Of a stretch of 64,000 nt of DNA, positions 1 to 28,291 are shown in pieces (positions within the stretch are counted from its first letter, which is position 1; each line of letters opens with the position of its first letter). The DNA comes from Podarcis erhardii. Taxonomy: Eukaryota. The stretch is taken from the NCBI GenBank assembly GCA_964252035.1, contig OZ176212.1; one strand, given 5' to 3'. Under the pieces are notes generated by a model, which saw only the letters and a program-made list of their open reading frames with translations, did not search any database and was not told the DNA's origin. The translations under genes and the position numbers were made by a program.

Positions 1-993
1 CATGTGCAGAAAGACATTTGCTATGTAACATTTTTATCAATAGTAATGAAAGCCTGCTCCCATGAGCCATGTGGAACTTTGAGGTAGGCTTTATTAGCTC
101 TGGCATCACATTAAGCCTGGTTATCTCCCCTTGAAGCACTGAAATAAGCCTGGCAATAAAACCAAATCGATAATGAAGATAGTGTTGTCTTTTAGCCACA
201 AGAGACAGCAGTTCTGCGGCTCATTTGAGGATGGATTTCACCAAGCAGCGTCATTCTCCCAAAAAGTCAAGCAGGTTGTGCATGTTTGAGGAAGGAACAT
301 TCAGATTGTGTTTCTCTGACTTGTATTTTATGAGTGGAATTCTTCCTAAAATGGATAACCTTCCTGTTATAATCCCCTGCACCAGAAAACTACACTTTCC
401 GATAGCTATTTATACCGAAATGCATAAGGCAGTCATTTGCTTAAGTTTTACTTGATGTAGGCAGAGCTGAGATGGCAGCTGAATATGGGATACAGCATAG
501 CTTCTGATCTGCCAACCACACATTGTGGAAGTTGGCTTGGATTTTGGCATCGGATTCCAACCGGGTTATTATAAATCAAAATAACAGCATGCACATAGAT
601 GACAGCGGGGAAATTAGGTGGTGGAGGGAGAACGATCACACACAAACCGGTTTCTGCGATTTCATCAGGCACTGCCCACCAGAACCACCCCTACTATGAG
701 CCATGGCTCAGGTGGTGGATTGGGAGAGACAGCAAATAATGCACCTCTCATAATCTGCCTGTCAGGCCCCCAACCTCCCCTGTGGCTGTGGCTGGCTCCT
801 GCAACACGGCTGCCACCAATTGTCCCTCCAGGTCATGGCTGCTCTTGCCCACCTGGATTGATCAGCTCCTAGCAAAGTAGAGTCACCCTCCAGAGCCCCC
901 ATCTCATGCCTCCATTTGAATAAGGGGTCTTCAAGTTACTTTAAACAATATTACGAATGAAAAGGCACAGAGATTGTCACCATGCTTATTTCT

Positions 994-999
994 TTTATT
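994..999 (-). terminator. Candidate polyadenylation signal (AATAAA) of the PACSIN-like gene
   Basis: TTTATT on + at 994-999, about 1.2 kb past the stop codon; supported by position only. Confidence 0.35.
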
Positions 1000-1149
1000 T
1001 TCCAAAACCTCCAGGTGAGCTAAAACGTATTTTTAAAACATTCACTCTCATAAGCTCATCATATTTCACGCCCCCCTCTTTGTTATGCTTCTTTGGGTGA
1101 AGTCAGAGATAACGGCTTCTAGTCTGGTTGCTTCTTTCATGCCCCCCCT

Positions 1150-1200
1150 AAACAAACAAACAAACAAACAAACAAACAAACAAACAAACAAAAACAAACA
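1150..1200. repeat. (AAAC)n microsatellite
   Basis: About 12 tandem AAAC units. Confidence 0.95.
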
Positions 1201-2179
1201 GGAATCTAGGCAGGTGAAGGCAAGGCCAGTGTAGTAACGCTCAGTATAATATACTGTATGGTTGAAGCCACTTCTCCAGAGAGTCCACGTGGGATTTTTT
1301 AAAATCAGCAACCCTATGTTACGTGGTCCTCTCCCTCTGCCCTTCGTGACTCATTATGTGGCTGTTTTGTTTGATAATCATCTCAACAACCCCAAAAAGC
1401 ATTTCCTCAAGAGACTCTAAGACGCCTTTCTTATTCTGATTTTCAGTCCATCCCGGGATTTCCAGAGGTGTTGTCAAGCCCTTGGGGGCAAAGTGCTCTC
1501 TGGCTTCACCATCCGAAGGAGAACTCAGAGGCACCTTGATTTCTTTGGCATGTGTGTGTCACTGACGCAAGGAGAGGGAGTGGTGGTATCTGCAGCTTGT
1601 GTAGGTGTTGTGCACGAGTTGTGCATGGTGTGCCATTCAGACCGGACGTGTGTGTCTGGTTATGGGTGTGTGCTTTGCGTTTGTTTTAAGGAATTTGTTC
1701 CCCACGTTTTATCCCAGGTGGTTTCCATATCCTTACCTATTGGCAGGGCTACCCCACCCACCCAAAGTCAAATGCTGTTCTCCCCTGAATTGATTATTCA
1801 GATGGAGCATCAATGGGCTTATTTTGCATAATAATATAAGTAGCTAGAGGGAGGGGCAGGAAGCTGTGTAGACCTTAGAAGCCCCACCCCACCCCACTCA
1901 AAGTTCCATGCAGCCCCACCTACCAGCCCACCCAGCTTCTGAGATTTCACCAGCATCACTCACATGTCTTTTCAGGGCATCTGTATGGACTGAAAGTTTT
2001 GCATCCATGTGGATTGAAAGTTGTATGATTATTAAAAATAAAGCAGTCTCTAAGGAAGCTGAATTTTGCACCACTTTGGGCTGGCAACATGGTGCGATTT
2101 CAGAAGTGCAGAATAAACATAGCCCTAATATTGGTGTATGGGTGCATGATTCCCTCCCCCCACCCCCTAACCCATCGAG

Positions 2180-15350
<13,171 letters not shown>

Positions 15351-18300
15351 GGTGTCACCTGTAGAGGAAAAAGGAGTCATAGGTCAAGGTGTACAGCCAA
15401 AAGCATCAAATAAATAACATCATATGGATGAAACCCCACTTCCTGGCTTCTGTCTCTTTGTCACATTTGAGTGTGACCAAGAACAGCAATCAGGGTGGGA
15501 CATGCTCAGTTCTCAGTATCTGTCAGGGAACTTTATGGAACAGGCTGCAACTATGACATAGGCTGTGTACATACTGTACATACCATACATTTAAAGCGCA
15601 TTCCCCCAAGAATCTTGGGAACTGTAATTGGTTAAGGGTGCTGAGAACTGTAGCACTGTGAGGGGTAAACTACACTTCCCAGAATTCTTGGGGTGGGTGG
15701 GCTTTAAATGTATGGTGCATATGCAACCATAGTTGGGGAAGATCCTTAGACTATGGATCCCACTGACTGAAATATGATCCTTTCCACTGGTGATTCTGAG
15801 GATTGAGGCACTGAGGCAGCTGGGAAATATTAGACCCTGGACTTAATACCCTGCTTTAGACAGCCATCTGCGTTACTTCATTTGCAAAGCACTCAATTAA
15901 CACCACCATCCCATGCTTTATGACTGCTTATGTATTACTGATAAGCAGTTTGCCCACCTTGTTTTTTTTTTACTCTGTGCATGTGCAGTTTCACATTTTA
16001 AATCACAGCAGCATCATAACTACAGGAATAAAATGGAGTTTGCACCTGCTGCCCTGAGGCTAGGCACATTTACTTGGGAATTTCTAAACTGCACCCTGCT
16101 TCCTTCACTTCCTTCAGGTATAAAACAAGGTGGAAGTACCAGCAATAAGGAAAACTATTGTGAATGGAACATAATCCTTTCCCTGAGGAGGACAGCTACA
16201 CCCATTTTTGCCAAGGGCAGGTGTGGTTAACCTGTGACCCCACAATGTTTTGGGAATCCCAACTTCCATCAACTCCAGCCAACATGGACAATGATCAGGG
16301 ATGGTGGGAGTTGCAGTCCCAGAAACATCTGCAGGGGCCACAGGTTCCCCACTCTTTACCTCGGTCAATGATACACCTTAGGACTTGTAGCCAGGATGTG
16401 GCCAGTGGGGTGCAGTACCTCACTTGAAGAGGGTTCTGTGAATCATATTTATGGGTCTGGACAATTTTTATTCCAAGAGAAGTCAGTTTTTATTCACCCT
16501 ATTGCTTCAAGCTGTGCAGTATTAGTACCTGTAATAGAAGAGCATAGCATAAGCGCCGCGTGCAGCAGGTCCCAGGTTCAATCTCCAGGTAAAAAGAACA
16601 GGTGGCAGGAAAAGGCCACTATCTGTGATCCTGGGCAGCCAGTGGCCTGACTCAGTATAAGGCAGCTTCATGTGATGTGTTAAAAACACATTTAAATCAG
16701 CAGCAGATGGTGCCACCACCTCCACCCTGCCAGTGGTAATAGTCCAAATTCCACCCACATGACCTGCCCACCTATGATTCCCTGTCCTGACTCAGGATGT
16801 GTTATTCCAGAAGATCACAACCATCATTTCCAAGCTTTTGCCATTGGGAGGGGGGTGGAGATTCCCTTTAGCTATTATGACTGTGCTCGTGGCAGGGGAT
16901 ATGGGATCCCTTAAGGAAATTACTATTAAGGAAAGCACAGCGTTCATCATAAAGGCTTTGGGACGTAAACATTACCCTCCCCCTTCTTTTTTGCAGCTAA
17001 GCTAATGCTAAGAATTTGATGAGGTTAAGAATCAGGCAAACTCTACAGCTTGGCACGGGGATTGTAGAAGTTCACGTTGCTTAGGAAGGAATTACTGATT
17101 GATTTTCCATTCATGTCTTTGAGGCCCCTTCCAAGAAATGTGGCAGCCCCACCTAGCGGGGAAGGGTGACTACAGCCTTGCCTTAAATAAGAACGGCTGA
17201 TTTGGTTTCTTCCAAAACCAAACTAGTTCTAATCCAAGCAATGAAAATCACATACATGGCCACAACAAAAAACAACTCCTCAGTCTTCTGTAACCCCTTT
17301 TCAGCATCATCCCTCCACAAGAATTTGCCCGTTAAATACCGGTATATTAGCATCCTAATCCCAGTATTTGTGTATAGGCATAGCAGAGCACCTCCAGCTT
17401 CTGCCTTTCTGAGCAGTACTGAGTTGCTGAATTAGCATGTATCAAATAGGAAATTAACAATGCAGTGAACTTAAGTCATGGCCAGCACACTGCCCTCTTC
17501 CCACTTTGTTGCTCACAGGGCAGATGAGCCTACAGCAAAGCACAGGACTGTCGGCTGACCTCCATCTTTCGGGTGTGTGCACACAATATGTTATTCAAGA
17601 ATCACAGTATTTTTTTCTAGAATCAGTGGGAAACAAGTACTTGTTTTTTTCTGCACAGTAAATGCACAGTCAAGATCTATTGTGGGGGGTTTTGTTTTGG
17701 TCCTGAAAAGTAGCACTTTTTGAGGAACCAGCTTCATTCTGAAAACAAATGCTCACTGCAGCTTGATTCTGCATTGCCCTGCAGGGTGTCCATATGAAAA
17801 CAGATGTAAGTGGTCCTGGCCATAAGACCCAATGATGTTGTGGGTGGAATTATACAGAGATTGCATCCACCACATCCTTCACCATTCGCCTGAGGCATGT
17901 GCAGGGAGGAAAAGGCATGGATAACCTAATCAAGAAAAGGAATTTCAAATGTGGGTCAAGCAAGCAGACTCACCCTTGTAGACAACAAGTTCTAGAATCA
18001 ATCTAGACTGAAAGCAGCATGTTGAGGATGAGCATGCATGATTCAGGATAGTTTGTTGTTGTTTTTAAAGACGTTTTCTTGCTTCAGATGGGTTACTGTG
18101 TATGCAGCCTTAATGGGCGAATCTGCACTTATACATACATAAATATACACTTATACATATAGAGCATGTTCAAATCTGATGCAAATTTGTGTAATTTGCC
18201 TGTGCCAAGTCTTTTAAGTGCCATCTATTCCGGGGGGGGGGGGGGAGAGAAGAAACAGACCTTCTTGACTTATTGGTAGAGGGGAGGAAGCTGTTTGCAC

Positions 18301-21300
18301 AGAAAGCTCCTTTGGGCTCTCTTGATCTGTTTGAACACGGTGGCAGTGTGCACAGGCGCCTGACTCAAATTTGCATCACATTTGCACATGCTAATGTAGA
18401 AGGGCAGATTCACTGGTGGGTGGCCAGTGGCCTTGTGCTTTGCTGCATGCACAGCTGCCCGGTAAGCAACAAAGTGGGAAGGGGCAGCAGATCTACGGGT
18501 TGAGTGTGAGGGGAGCTCAGCACAAAAAGCTCCTAACTGCACCCTTTTGGACAATTTAAAGGGAAAACCAAGGGCCTTCATTTTCTCTCTGTAAAATGAG
18601 AGGCAAAATGCTAGCTGAGGAGTAGCAGCTAACCTTGCTGCTACAATTCCCATTTCCCTATTGTTCCCAAAGGACACTGTTGGGTTTTGTGTGTGTGGCT
18701 TTGCTTGGCTGCCTGTTGTGTGTCCCTCCCTCCCTCTACACACACACACACACACAGTTCCCAAATAGCCTGCCAAGGGATTTTGGAATGCATCCCTTGA
18801 AGAAGAGGGGGGGGGGGGACTGATTCGCTGACGGCACTTTTGTCTTTAACTGCGAATGGAAAAGCAATTTCAAAGGAGGGGGTGTAGGATGGAGAGGCTG
18901 CAGACGGTTGAGGGGGGAACGGATGGACATGTGTTTGCAGTTAGCTGGGACCGCAGGCAGGAGAATAAATGGCAGATTGCAGAGGAAGGCAGCCCGGGCG
19001 CCACATTGTTTGAGGCATAGATTTGTAAGGGAGAGGCGGCCTCAGAGGAGCAAATCCATGAGGTGCTATGTTTAGAGAACTGCACCCTCCCCCAAAAAGT
19101 TTGAAAGTGATCTTGCCTGCCCTCCAATCACAAACATTAGCTTTTAATATTGAGGTTTATCACAAATACTAATCAGGGGTGCAAGACCTGGCAAAACTTA
19201 GGAGATGCTGAGATTTTCTAGGAGACAGATGGGAGTACTGAAACCTGCTCTCTGACCCAAGGCGCCATCTCATTTTTTGACACTAGACACAACTAGGTGT
19301 GTCACACAATACCAGAGGGCAGATCTGGAGCAATGTTCTGCTAACTTTTTTGTGCTCTCCACTGCCGCCTTTAGCTGCTTTGAAGAAGAAAATGAGTACT
19401 TTGCTGAAACAGCCCATCTCTAAAACACACATGGGAACTTAAGCGCATGGCAAGCATCGCCCTGCCTAGAAACCAAGCAGGTACCTGTCACATGGAACAT
19501 CAGCTGACCTCTCTGTGGGGCTCTGAGGAACTGGACAGGGAACTTGCTGGACTTCTGGCCCTCTACTCTTGGCTCACTTGGGCTCCTTGGCCACGGTGGG
19601 GCAGGCCTCTGAGGGTGCACAAGTGGGATAGGTTATGAGGCCATCAGTCGACAGCAAGGGAGGCCCAGTGATGAGGAAAGGATGCGGAGTCCAACTCAGA
19701 TGCTCCCCAGCAGGGTTGGGCTAACAGTAGCAGGGTGGGTTGGCGGGTGGTTTGTTCACATGAGTTGTTGGGAGAAGGGGTGGGCCAAAAGAGCTGGTAG
19801 GCCCGTTCAAGAACCGAGCAATAGGTCTGTGCTATGCTCTTCTTGACTTGTTCAGTTGTACCTTGGGTTCAAACTGGGGGACCCAGTGCTTGTAAAGTGT
19901 GAGTTGCTCCACCCAGCTAAAGCTCCTCTTGCAGCCCTCCTAGTATCTATGATCCTGAGGTTGACGTGTCTGATTCCTGTGCTGCTGTAGCTGAGTGGTT
20001 TAAAGAACTGCTCTGGGGCAACTGCAGCATTGGTTTCAACCAGAAGGCTCTTTTGCCCCCAATATGACTTTTAAAAAAGAGGTATGCAAAAGTTGAGAGA
20101 AGCTATCATAGACTGCCTCCTTCCCCCTCAGTCCAAGTGCAGCTGAACCTGCTTCCCAGTCCCCTGCACTTGTGCATAAGGGCGTAAGAGCCCTGCTGGA
20201 TTGGACCCACAGGCAGATCTCACTCCCACAAGCAGGCCAGGAGCGCAGCAGCACTGTCCTGTTGTTGTTCTCCAGCAACTGGCATTCATTCAGAGATCCA
20301 CTGTATATTCATTCAGAGGCACATGCTCTGCCTCCACAGTCATGGGCAGTAATGCTTCTGAATCTCAGTTGCTGGAAACCACAGGAGGAGGGGAGAGGGC
20401 TCTTGTGGTCGGGTCCTGTTTGATGTTTTCCCACAGGCATCTGGGTGGCCACTGTGAGAACAAGATGCTGGACTAGATGGGCCAGTTGCCTGATCCCACA
20501 GGCTCTAATGTTCTTATGGCCATTATGTCTAGTAGCCATTAATAGTCTTATCCTCCACGAGCTTCTCTAATTGCTTTAAAGCCAAAGGTGGTCATCACCA
20601 AATCTTGTAATAACAAATCCCTCCGTCCAGGCTTGCACTAGGTGTGAATAAATCCTTCATTTGTCTCTCCTGAATCTCCCACCATTCAGCCATTGGATGA
20701 TCCTGTGTTATACTGTAGTATTACAAAAGAAAAACTTATACGCATTTTTATAACTCAGTAACGTCTACCATGCTCCTCTTTACTTGCCTATTTTGTAAAC
20801 TAAAGAAGAGCAAATGTTCTCACCCCTCCTCACAAGGGAGTTTTGCTGGCCTCTTTGTGACGCTTTCTAAATTGCTCAATATCCTTTTCAATGGGCAGCA
20901 ATCGGAACTGTATGCAGTGGGCACTTACGGACTGCTGCAATTTTCAAGTGGGATTTCAATCACATACTGGCAAATTCAGATTGCTTAATTATAGTTGACT
21001 GGTGGGAAGCCTTGTGTAAGAAACATGGTTTCCCGGCCCCACACAAAGGGTGGGATGATGCTTGCTTCGACACAACGTTGTCTAGCCTCCCTGCAAACAA
21101 ATCTGAGTGAATTCTCAACAAACAGGTTGTTGTGGAAGCACCCAGTATTTAAAGTATGGCTGTTCTATAGACTTGTATAGAGGCATTACGATATAGGCAG
21201 TATTCAATCCCTTTTTAATTAATTCCCAGCATGGAAGTTGCCTTTTTCACAGCTGCCTGCTGCACCTTGGTACAAGCTGTTTCCAGATTATCTGTTTACT

Positions 21301-24300
21301 GGACATTCATCCTAATTTTGGCTATTTATTGAACATTCATTCTGATTGGTTTGGAGGGAGCTGGTGTCAAGCAACTGTTGTCCCCCCCCCGCCCCATTCT
21401 CAATAAATTTTCTCATCACTTTCCATATTGCAAAAAGTCCATTGTTCTTGGGAAGCAGGTTTGTTGCACGAGGTCCCCAAACTAAGTTGTTGTTGTTGTT
21501 ACACAACCTGAATTTGGCAGTATTGGACCAACTCCTACCGAAAAAAACAGTGACAATCTAGAAGCACCCAACATTTTTTCGTTGAATTATTTTCTATGAC
21601 CCTAAGAAACTTGTCCTGATCCATGACTTCCAACTCTGATCCCAGCAGTGTATATGTGGATTCCCAGCCCCCAGCCCAGTGCACATCACTTTACACTTAC
21701 TTATACTGAACTGCACATGCCACTGAATTTCCCATTCATCCATTTTAGAGACATCCTTTCTGTTTTTACCACCCTAAATGATTGAGTGTTGTCAGCAGGT
21801 GCAGTCTTCCCCCATCAATGCATTTCCATGCCAAGAAAGTCTGCATCTGTTGAACTGCTACCATGCTGCAATGCAGCTGTTCAAGGTGCAGGGTGGAATT
21901 GGCATATTTGTAAGTACTAGACACTACTGGATATTCTCCATCTTAAGCACAACAGCTCTGAAGAATCCTTTATCTTCAGAGTTTTGTCTTGCTGAACCTA
22001 TTCCTACCTCAGGCCCCCTTATCAAGCTGGTGGGGGGGAATACACTTCCTCCGTCCTCCCTTCCCCATGGCCTCTAATACACTAAACTTTTCTTCCCCTC
22101 CCAGCACTGGGATCCAGCTCTGCGATTTCATTTCATCTTGGCTCCAGCTGGTTTTTCCACATGCCGAAAGAAAGCCCAGGAAAAATATAGAGGAGGATAG
22201 GAGGAAGGCTCAGCTGGAGTTGGCGGGAGTGGGCCTGAGGAGGACGGCTTGGGGTATGTTGTAAGGAAACAGGCCCTCCTCCACTGGCTTCACCGGCTTG
22301 TGTTTCCATCCAAGAAAGAGAAGAATGGGAAAGAAAGACGAAAAATGGGCAAAACTGCCAGATTGTGGCTGTCTCGTTCCTTCCCCACAGGAGGGTTGGG
22401 GTGGGCGGGCAGTCTGCAGGGGCCGCCATATCAGTCCAGGCCAGGTTTCCTAAATCAGTGTCCACCCACCCATTTTTCCCCAGATTGTTCCGAACGCCTG
22501 AATGATCAAACTGGGGGATAGCTGGCATCCCAACAGGGACGACCGAACGGTCCAGGGTGCTTTTCATGTGTCTGATCCAGTCCAGCTCAAGTTAGTCACG
22601 GCTAACTCGTTCCATTGGTTTTGATGGGCCTGAGTCACATAACTAATGTTCAGTTGTTCCCCTTGCAAACCCCCTGCCAAAAAAATTAACAGCTTTCCAA
22701 ATAGCTGCCTTCCAGGCACCTGCTACATCTCAAAAGTTCTCCACAGCCACTGTCCCCGCCCCCCCAAAAACAAGCACCCACCTCCTCCAATGTTATAATC
22801 GCTGTGTTGTGAACCGCCCTGTGATCTTTGGATAACGGGCAGTATACAGATTTAATAAATAGAAATAAATAGTAAGTAAGTAAGTAAGTAAACAAACAAA
22901 CAAATAAGTCCCCACTAAGCCAAACTGCATAGAGCTATTAAACAATGACCAACACTCCACAGAGTTTCTCCAAACCACCACAAACATTTTATAGCTGTCT
23001 TCTTGAAAACTACACATTTTGTGCAAAGAAGTCCCAAACACCTTTTTAGTTCTTTTTTTTTTTTTTGTACCTTACATGGTCCTTGAGAACCCCCGAGATT
23101 ATCTCTCGTTGTACCCTCACTCTTGGCCCCACCAGGACCTCCCTCCACAAATGGATCCAACAAATTATCTAGGCCTCATTTATATCCCCAAATGTCAACT
23201 TTCGCAAAAGGACCGAGGTGTATGTGTGTGTTAATGAAATCCACAAGCCTCACCCTGCTACCAGAACTATAGCTCATAGTATCACAAGCGCCAGACCCCA
23301 CCCGCACAATATCCGCCACAAGCATCTATGCTGTGCTATCTCTCGGCCTAACCTACTTCATGGGGTGCTGTGAGGATGAAACGGGGAGGGGAGAGAACCA
23401 TGTACCTGAGCTCCCTGGAAGAAAGGGCTGGAGATAAAACGTTCAATAAATACAATGTAATAAATGCTATAATCCTACAGCTGCCCATTGGGTCTGCAGG
23501 TGCAGAAACTCAGTCTTTATATCCTCTTTAAACAAGCTCTACTGTCCCCCCCCCCAAAAAAAAACCCCAGTTGGTTCTCTCCTGCAAAACAGGCCTGTTT
23601 TTGACAAACTGGGAACAATTCCTAGGGAGCTGATTGCATACATATCTTAGGGAAGTATATGAATTCGCATGGGACCCTCACCTATGGCATTCCCATAACG
23701 CCATTTCTCTCCCGCTTGGAATAATCTCTAGAACACCCACTGCCTTTCCTTGCAGTTCTATGGCACCCGCCAACTTAATTTTTATGTCCCCTCCCCTCTT
23801 TATTTTTCCTCCCCAAACACCCACGGAGCAATCCTGCTTCCTATTGGGAATAAAGGGAACTTACCCTGGGGAGGGGCCCCCATCCTGCCTCTCTCCCTGT
23901 CCACTCTCTCTGTCCCAAAGCAACAGATGGTGTCCAGGCAGCTCGGCAGCGAGTGGGATGGTGGAGGGGAGAGGAGAGTAAATTGGGGAGTGTGCCAGGG
24001 GAGGACTTAGCTGTGCCACTCTCCCCTCTGTTGCTGTCTCTCTCACATTCCCTTGCTTACTAGTTCTCCATCCGTGCCTGCCACACTCACTAATTCATAG
24101 CACCTCCCTCTAGCTAACACTCTCCATCTCAGCCACCTCATCTTACTGTTTATTCATCCATCTCCAAACACTCTTATTCCCTACTAATATCTAACCTAAT
24201 CTCCATTCTTCTTCCTTCCTTTTGATCTATCCATCCTCCCATGCCCAAAGACATATTTTCTTATTTCCTTATCATCCCCATGCCTCAGTTCTATGTGCGC

Positions 24301-25182
24301 TTACTCAGAAGTAAATGCAACCGAGTTCAGTGGGAATGTACCACCAAATAAGTACAAACAAAATACCCTTGTGGTGCCTTACAGACTAACCAATTTAATT
24401 GCGGCTTATGCCGCAATAATAAATCTGTCAGTCTTCAAAGTGCCACGAGGCTCTTTTTTGTTTCAACTGCAGCAGTGCTCACATAGCTACCGCTCTGGGA
24501 TTTGTCTCAAAAAAGTATGCATGATCCAGTAAAGACACACGTCCACAATTGCTCCAGATAAACTAGCGTGTGCCACGTTCTCCCAGCTCATGAAAATACG
24601 ATTTAAATCATAAACAATTGTATAATGCCTATTAACTCTTCATCCAGTGTTTTAATCCTGCATAAGGTTAGCCATTCCTTTCTTTCAAACACTCAGGGGA
24701 TCTTCCTAAGTATCAGTCACAGCTGCTGTACCTTTCAAAACCAAATTTATTCTTTTTCTCATAGTATATTATGGCTGCACGGACAAATGGTTGTGCTCAT
24801 GGTAGATCTGAGGTCCAAGCAAGCTTGCCTTCTTTACCTCATTAATCCTAACAAAAAAATGCCATGAGGCTGATTTGTGACTATTCCTATATTTCCCAAT
24901 GACAAAAATGGACACTGAGAACTAGTGCCTTGGTGACAAGGAAGGATTTGAACCCAGTGCACTATCTAGCAGCCTGCATCAGTTCTCTTCACATAACACA
25001 CATATCATTTTACACTCATTCACTCCTTCCAGATTCCCCTCAGCCTTTCTCCCACTTTCTTCTCTCCATCAAGTTAATTCCCCGTTTGCCCATTTCGCAC
25101 TCGGTTCTTTCTTTCACTTGCATCCATCCCACCTCAGTGGCTGCTCCTTTGCCATTCGCACACACCAGTTTGATTAACTCAC

Positions 25183-25360
25183 CCTTTCCCCCTTTCTCCT
25201 TCTCTCCTGCTTTTTCTTTCATGCCGCCGCCTCCAGTCCGCAAGAACCCAGATCTGGAAAGGGGGTCGTTGCTGGTGGAAGATGGATTTAGGCCTGGAAA
25301 AATTCCTGGCTGGGGAATGTCAAACTTCAGAGGGGAAGAGGGGGAGAACTTCTGAGGCAC
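25183..25360 (-). other. Candidate upstream first exon of the PACSIN-like gene
   Basis: Strong donor AAGG|GTGAGT at 25183/25182. ATG at 25222 (GGCGGCGGCATGA) would splice in frame into the acceptor at 15358, giving MKEKAGEKEKGGKGDT-MSVIY. Confidence 0.35.
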
Positions 25361-27943
25361 ATGTTTGGGTTAACCCTTTGCTGCTAAGCCATCGCTTCTA
25401 ACTCAAACATATATCATAGTCCCACAATGTTGGGGGTACTGCCATAGGTAAGCTCATAGAGCAGTCTTCCCTGCACAGTAGTGTCCCGGGCAGGCAGAAA
25501 GTTGTTTCCTACGTGCTGTCCCAGCACATTCCTGGCAACTCCACGCCCCGACAGCTGCCACAGCTGCACCCCTGGGTCTTTTCCAAAACCTAAGGGGAGA
25601 GTGGCTTTTCTAATCCAGGAGGACGACATAGCATACATATGGGCAGCAGATTCTAAATGTTTTACTAAGGTGGTGGTTGTGGGGGGATGTTTCTCATCAA
25701 CAGACCTTTGCCAAAGGATCTCAGAAGTTAAGATCTTCGTACGGTACATGCTACATTTTCAGGTAGCAAATGAATCAAAAGTTCTATGGCCCCAAATACT
25801 GTAAGGCAGGAAAAACCTACAAATTCTACAACTAGGAATGGCAGGGGGATTTGAATTCACAAAATGCAAACCATCCTTCAAAATCTGCACTTCTCCAAAT
25901 TTTGCAATGTAGTTCTCCAGTCATTTGCACAAAAATGTATATACCTGGGTAAAGCATGCATATAAATACACACATTAGTGAAAATAATGTGCAAAGGTAC
26001 ATTATCTGAGGGGAAACTGCTGTGCAAAAGTGTCTATATTAGAGGAAAATTGCATACAAGCAAGTGTATATTAAGATAAACTTGTGCTAACATGCTGATG
26101 AATTTTCCATAGGACTTTTCACCCAGAAAAGAATCACAGAGAGTTGTGGAAATGTAGAGACCTGAATTTAAGATTGGAAGAATGAGAAACAGAGAGAAAC
26201 CAAAATGGGCATGTTCACCCATCCCTGCCTACAATCCAAATCACTGATTGGTGCAACGGGAATAAATTAAGGCAGTAAGCAAAAAATATTTTCTTTGCAA
26301 ACATAATCCCGGTTGTAGTATCTGAAGTGTGTGTGTGTGCATGTGTGTGTTGGACTTCAGAGTGTTTTCTCTCTGGGGGGGGGGTACACTCTGGGCTTTT
26401 GGGTAGAAGCCCCACTTAGCAGAACGATTAGCAGACCTGGCTTACCTCATTTTGAAGTAATACCCATCACCAGCTTAAGTGGGGGGAAGGGGAGGGGGAG
26501 GGCATAGCACCATGCCAAGTCTGGAATCTAAAATTACCTAACTGCAACTGAAGGAGGAAAATGGGGACATCTGGAACATTAGGAGCAGAGAGCAAGAGGT
26601 GTATAAAAAAACGGGGGAACAGGAGCAGCCAGTTCCAATGTCTTTGGGTGTTTCATCAACTTACCACAGGCTGTCATTAATATAAAACAACTTACCCTTT
26701 TTTTCTCCACAGTCATAAGGACTAGGCAATTACTGTTTTTGTACAAATGAAAGCTTAGCTTCCCGAGATTCCAAATGCTGTATAAGTTGTTGTATTCTGT
26801 GCATTGGCAAGATAGCCTCACAGAAGTCTAGCCCTCCCTGTGCATTGTTGTCACCCGACCGCTGTAGATAAAACAGTGTGACTATCACAAGAACCCACTC
26901 CGGCTGTTGGAGGTCACTACAACGAAACAAACAGAAGTGAGGGGGGTAGCCCCACTCTGTCCTTCCGGAGAAAAACTGGGGGAAAGTAGGATGCCACTTT
27001 GCCTTCGTTCTGCTTCTTCTCTTAGACGCATCCTATAAATATCGCCCCCCATCCGACTCCCACACCCATCTCTTGGCTCAGCCTCTGAGGGCAGGAATTA
27101 ACAAACTGTCTATTTCGGGGCCATATCTGGTTTCAGCTGCGATTTTGAGGGCATGAACCACCCAAAGGATGGGCTTGCTCAAAGACTACGAAGAAAATGA
27201 CTGGAACTTTCTTTTTTTGGATGCTATACCAGAAATTCTCAGGAAGTGGGCAACATTAAAAGGGCCATGAGTTTTTCAGGGACCCAGATATAGCAGAGAG
27301 AAGGGAGTCAAAGGGTTGTGACAGATAAAACACATTTGTTTTACTTCCAGCTAAGATAAAATGGGGTCATACAGACCTCATGGCACTAGACGTTCTGGAA
27401 CCTGGATATATCTGGTAGAAGGGGTCACGTTGTGGTTGTTATCCTCCAAGATTTATAGAAAGCAGTATCATTTTCCCGTACACGGCTCTATGATGAGCTG
27501 GCAGTCTACGGCTGGGCACGTTCTACTTGGTACTGTGGTTGGCATTCAAGATGGAAACTGAGAGTTTCTCTCAAGCCACCTGCCAAATGTTTGCAGCCGC
27601 AATGGGAAGCCTCCTCCAACACATTGCTAAAGATGTGCAAATTCATACATTCCTCCCTGGAACAAAAGAGGAACCAGCACCATTACACCTCAGCAATTCC
27701 TACAAGAAGTGCTAAATGCTAGTAACATTTGATTGTAGTAGAGTTGCCACATGTCCAGACATATCTGGAAAATTAGCAAAAAAAAAATGTCCTGGAAAAT
27801 CCAGACGTATGGCAGCCCATGTCCTCAGAAAGAACTCAAAAATATATTTCACTTTTAAATATGGTAACCCTAGGTTGTAGTCAACACTAGTCCTACTCAG
27901 AGTAGACCCAGTGGCGCTAATTAAGATGGTTTAGTTAAGTTTA

Positions 27944-28291
27944 GGGACACGGGTGGTGCTGGGATCTAAACCACTGAGCCTAGGGCTTGCCGACTGGAAT
28001 CCCCGCGACAGGGTGAGCTCCCGTTGTTCAGTCCCAGCTCCTGCCAACCTAGCAGTTCGAAAGCACGTCAAAGTGCAAGTAGATAAATAGGTACCACTCT
28101 GGCGGGAAGGTAAACGGCGTTTCTGTGTGCTGCTCTGGTTTCGCCAGAAGCGGCTTAGTCATGCTGGCTACATGACCTGGAAAAACTGTCTGCGGACAAA
28201 CGTCGGCTCCCTTGGCCAGTAAAGCGAGATGAGTGCCGCAACCCCAGAGTCGTTCGCGACTGGACTTAACTGTCAGGGGTCCTTTACATTT
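27944..28291 (+). mobile_element. Sauria SINE, near full length, with 14-bp TSD
   Basis: Diagnostic GAGCCTAGGGCTTGCCGA...AGCAGTTCGAAAGCACGTCAAAGTGCAAGTAGATAAATAGGTACC...CAGGGGTCCTTTAC. TSD TTTAGTTAAGTTTA at 27930-27943 and 28292-28305. Confidence 0.92.

Noticed and set aside
740-880. Plus-strand peptide ending LPTWIDQLLAK*, reminiscent of a serine-protease (KLK) C-terminus expected beside C19orf48
   Set aside because: No GDSGGP or other trypsin-fold motif upstream, an in-frame stop at 737, and no convincing acceptor.
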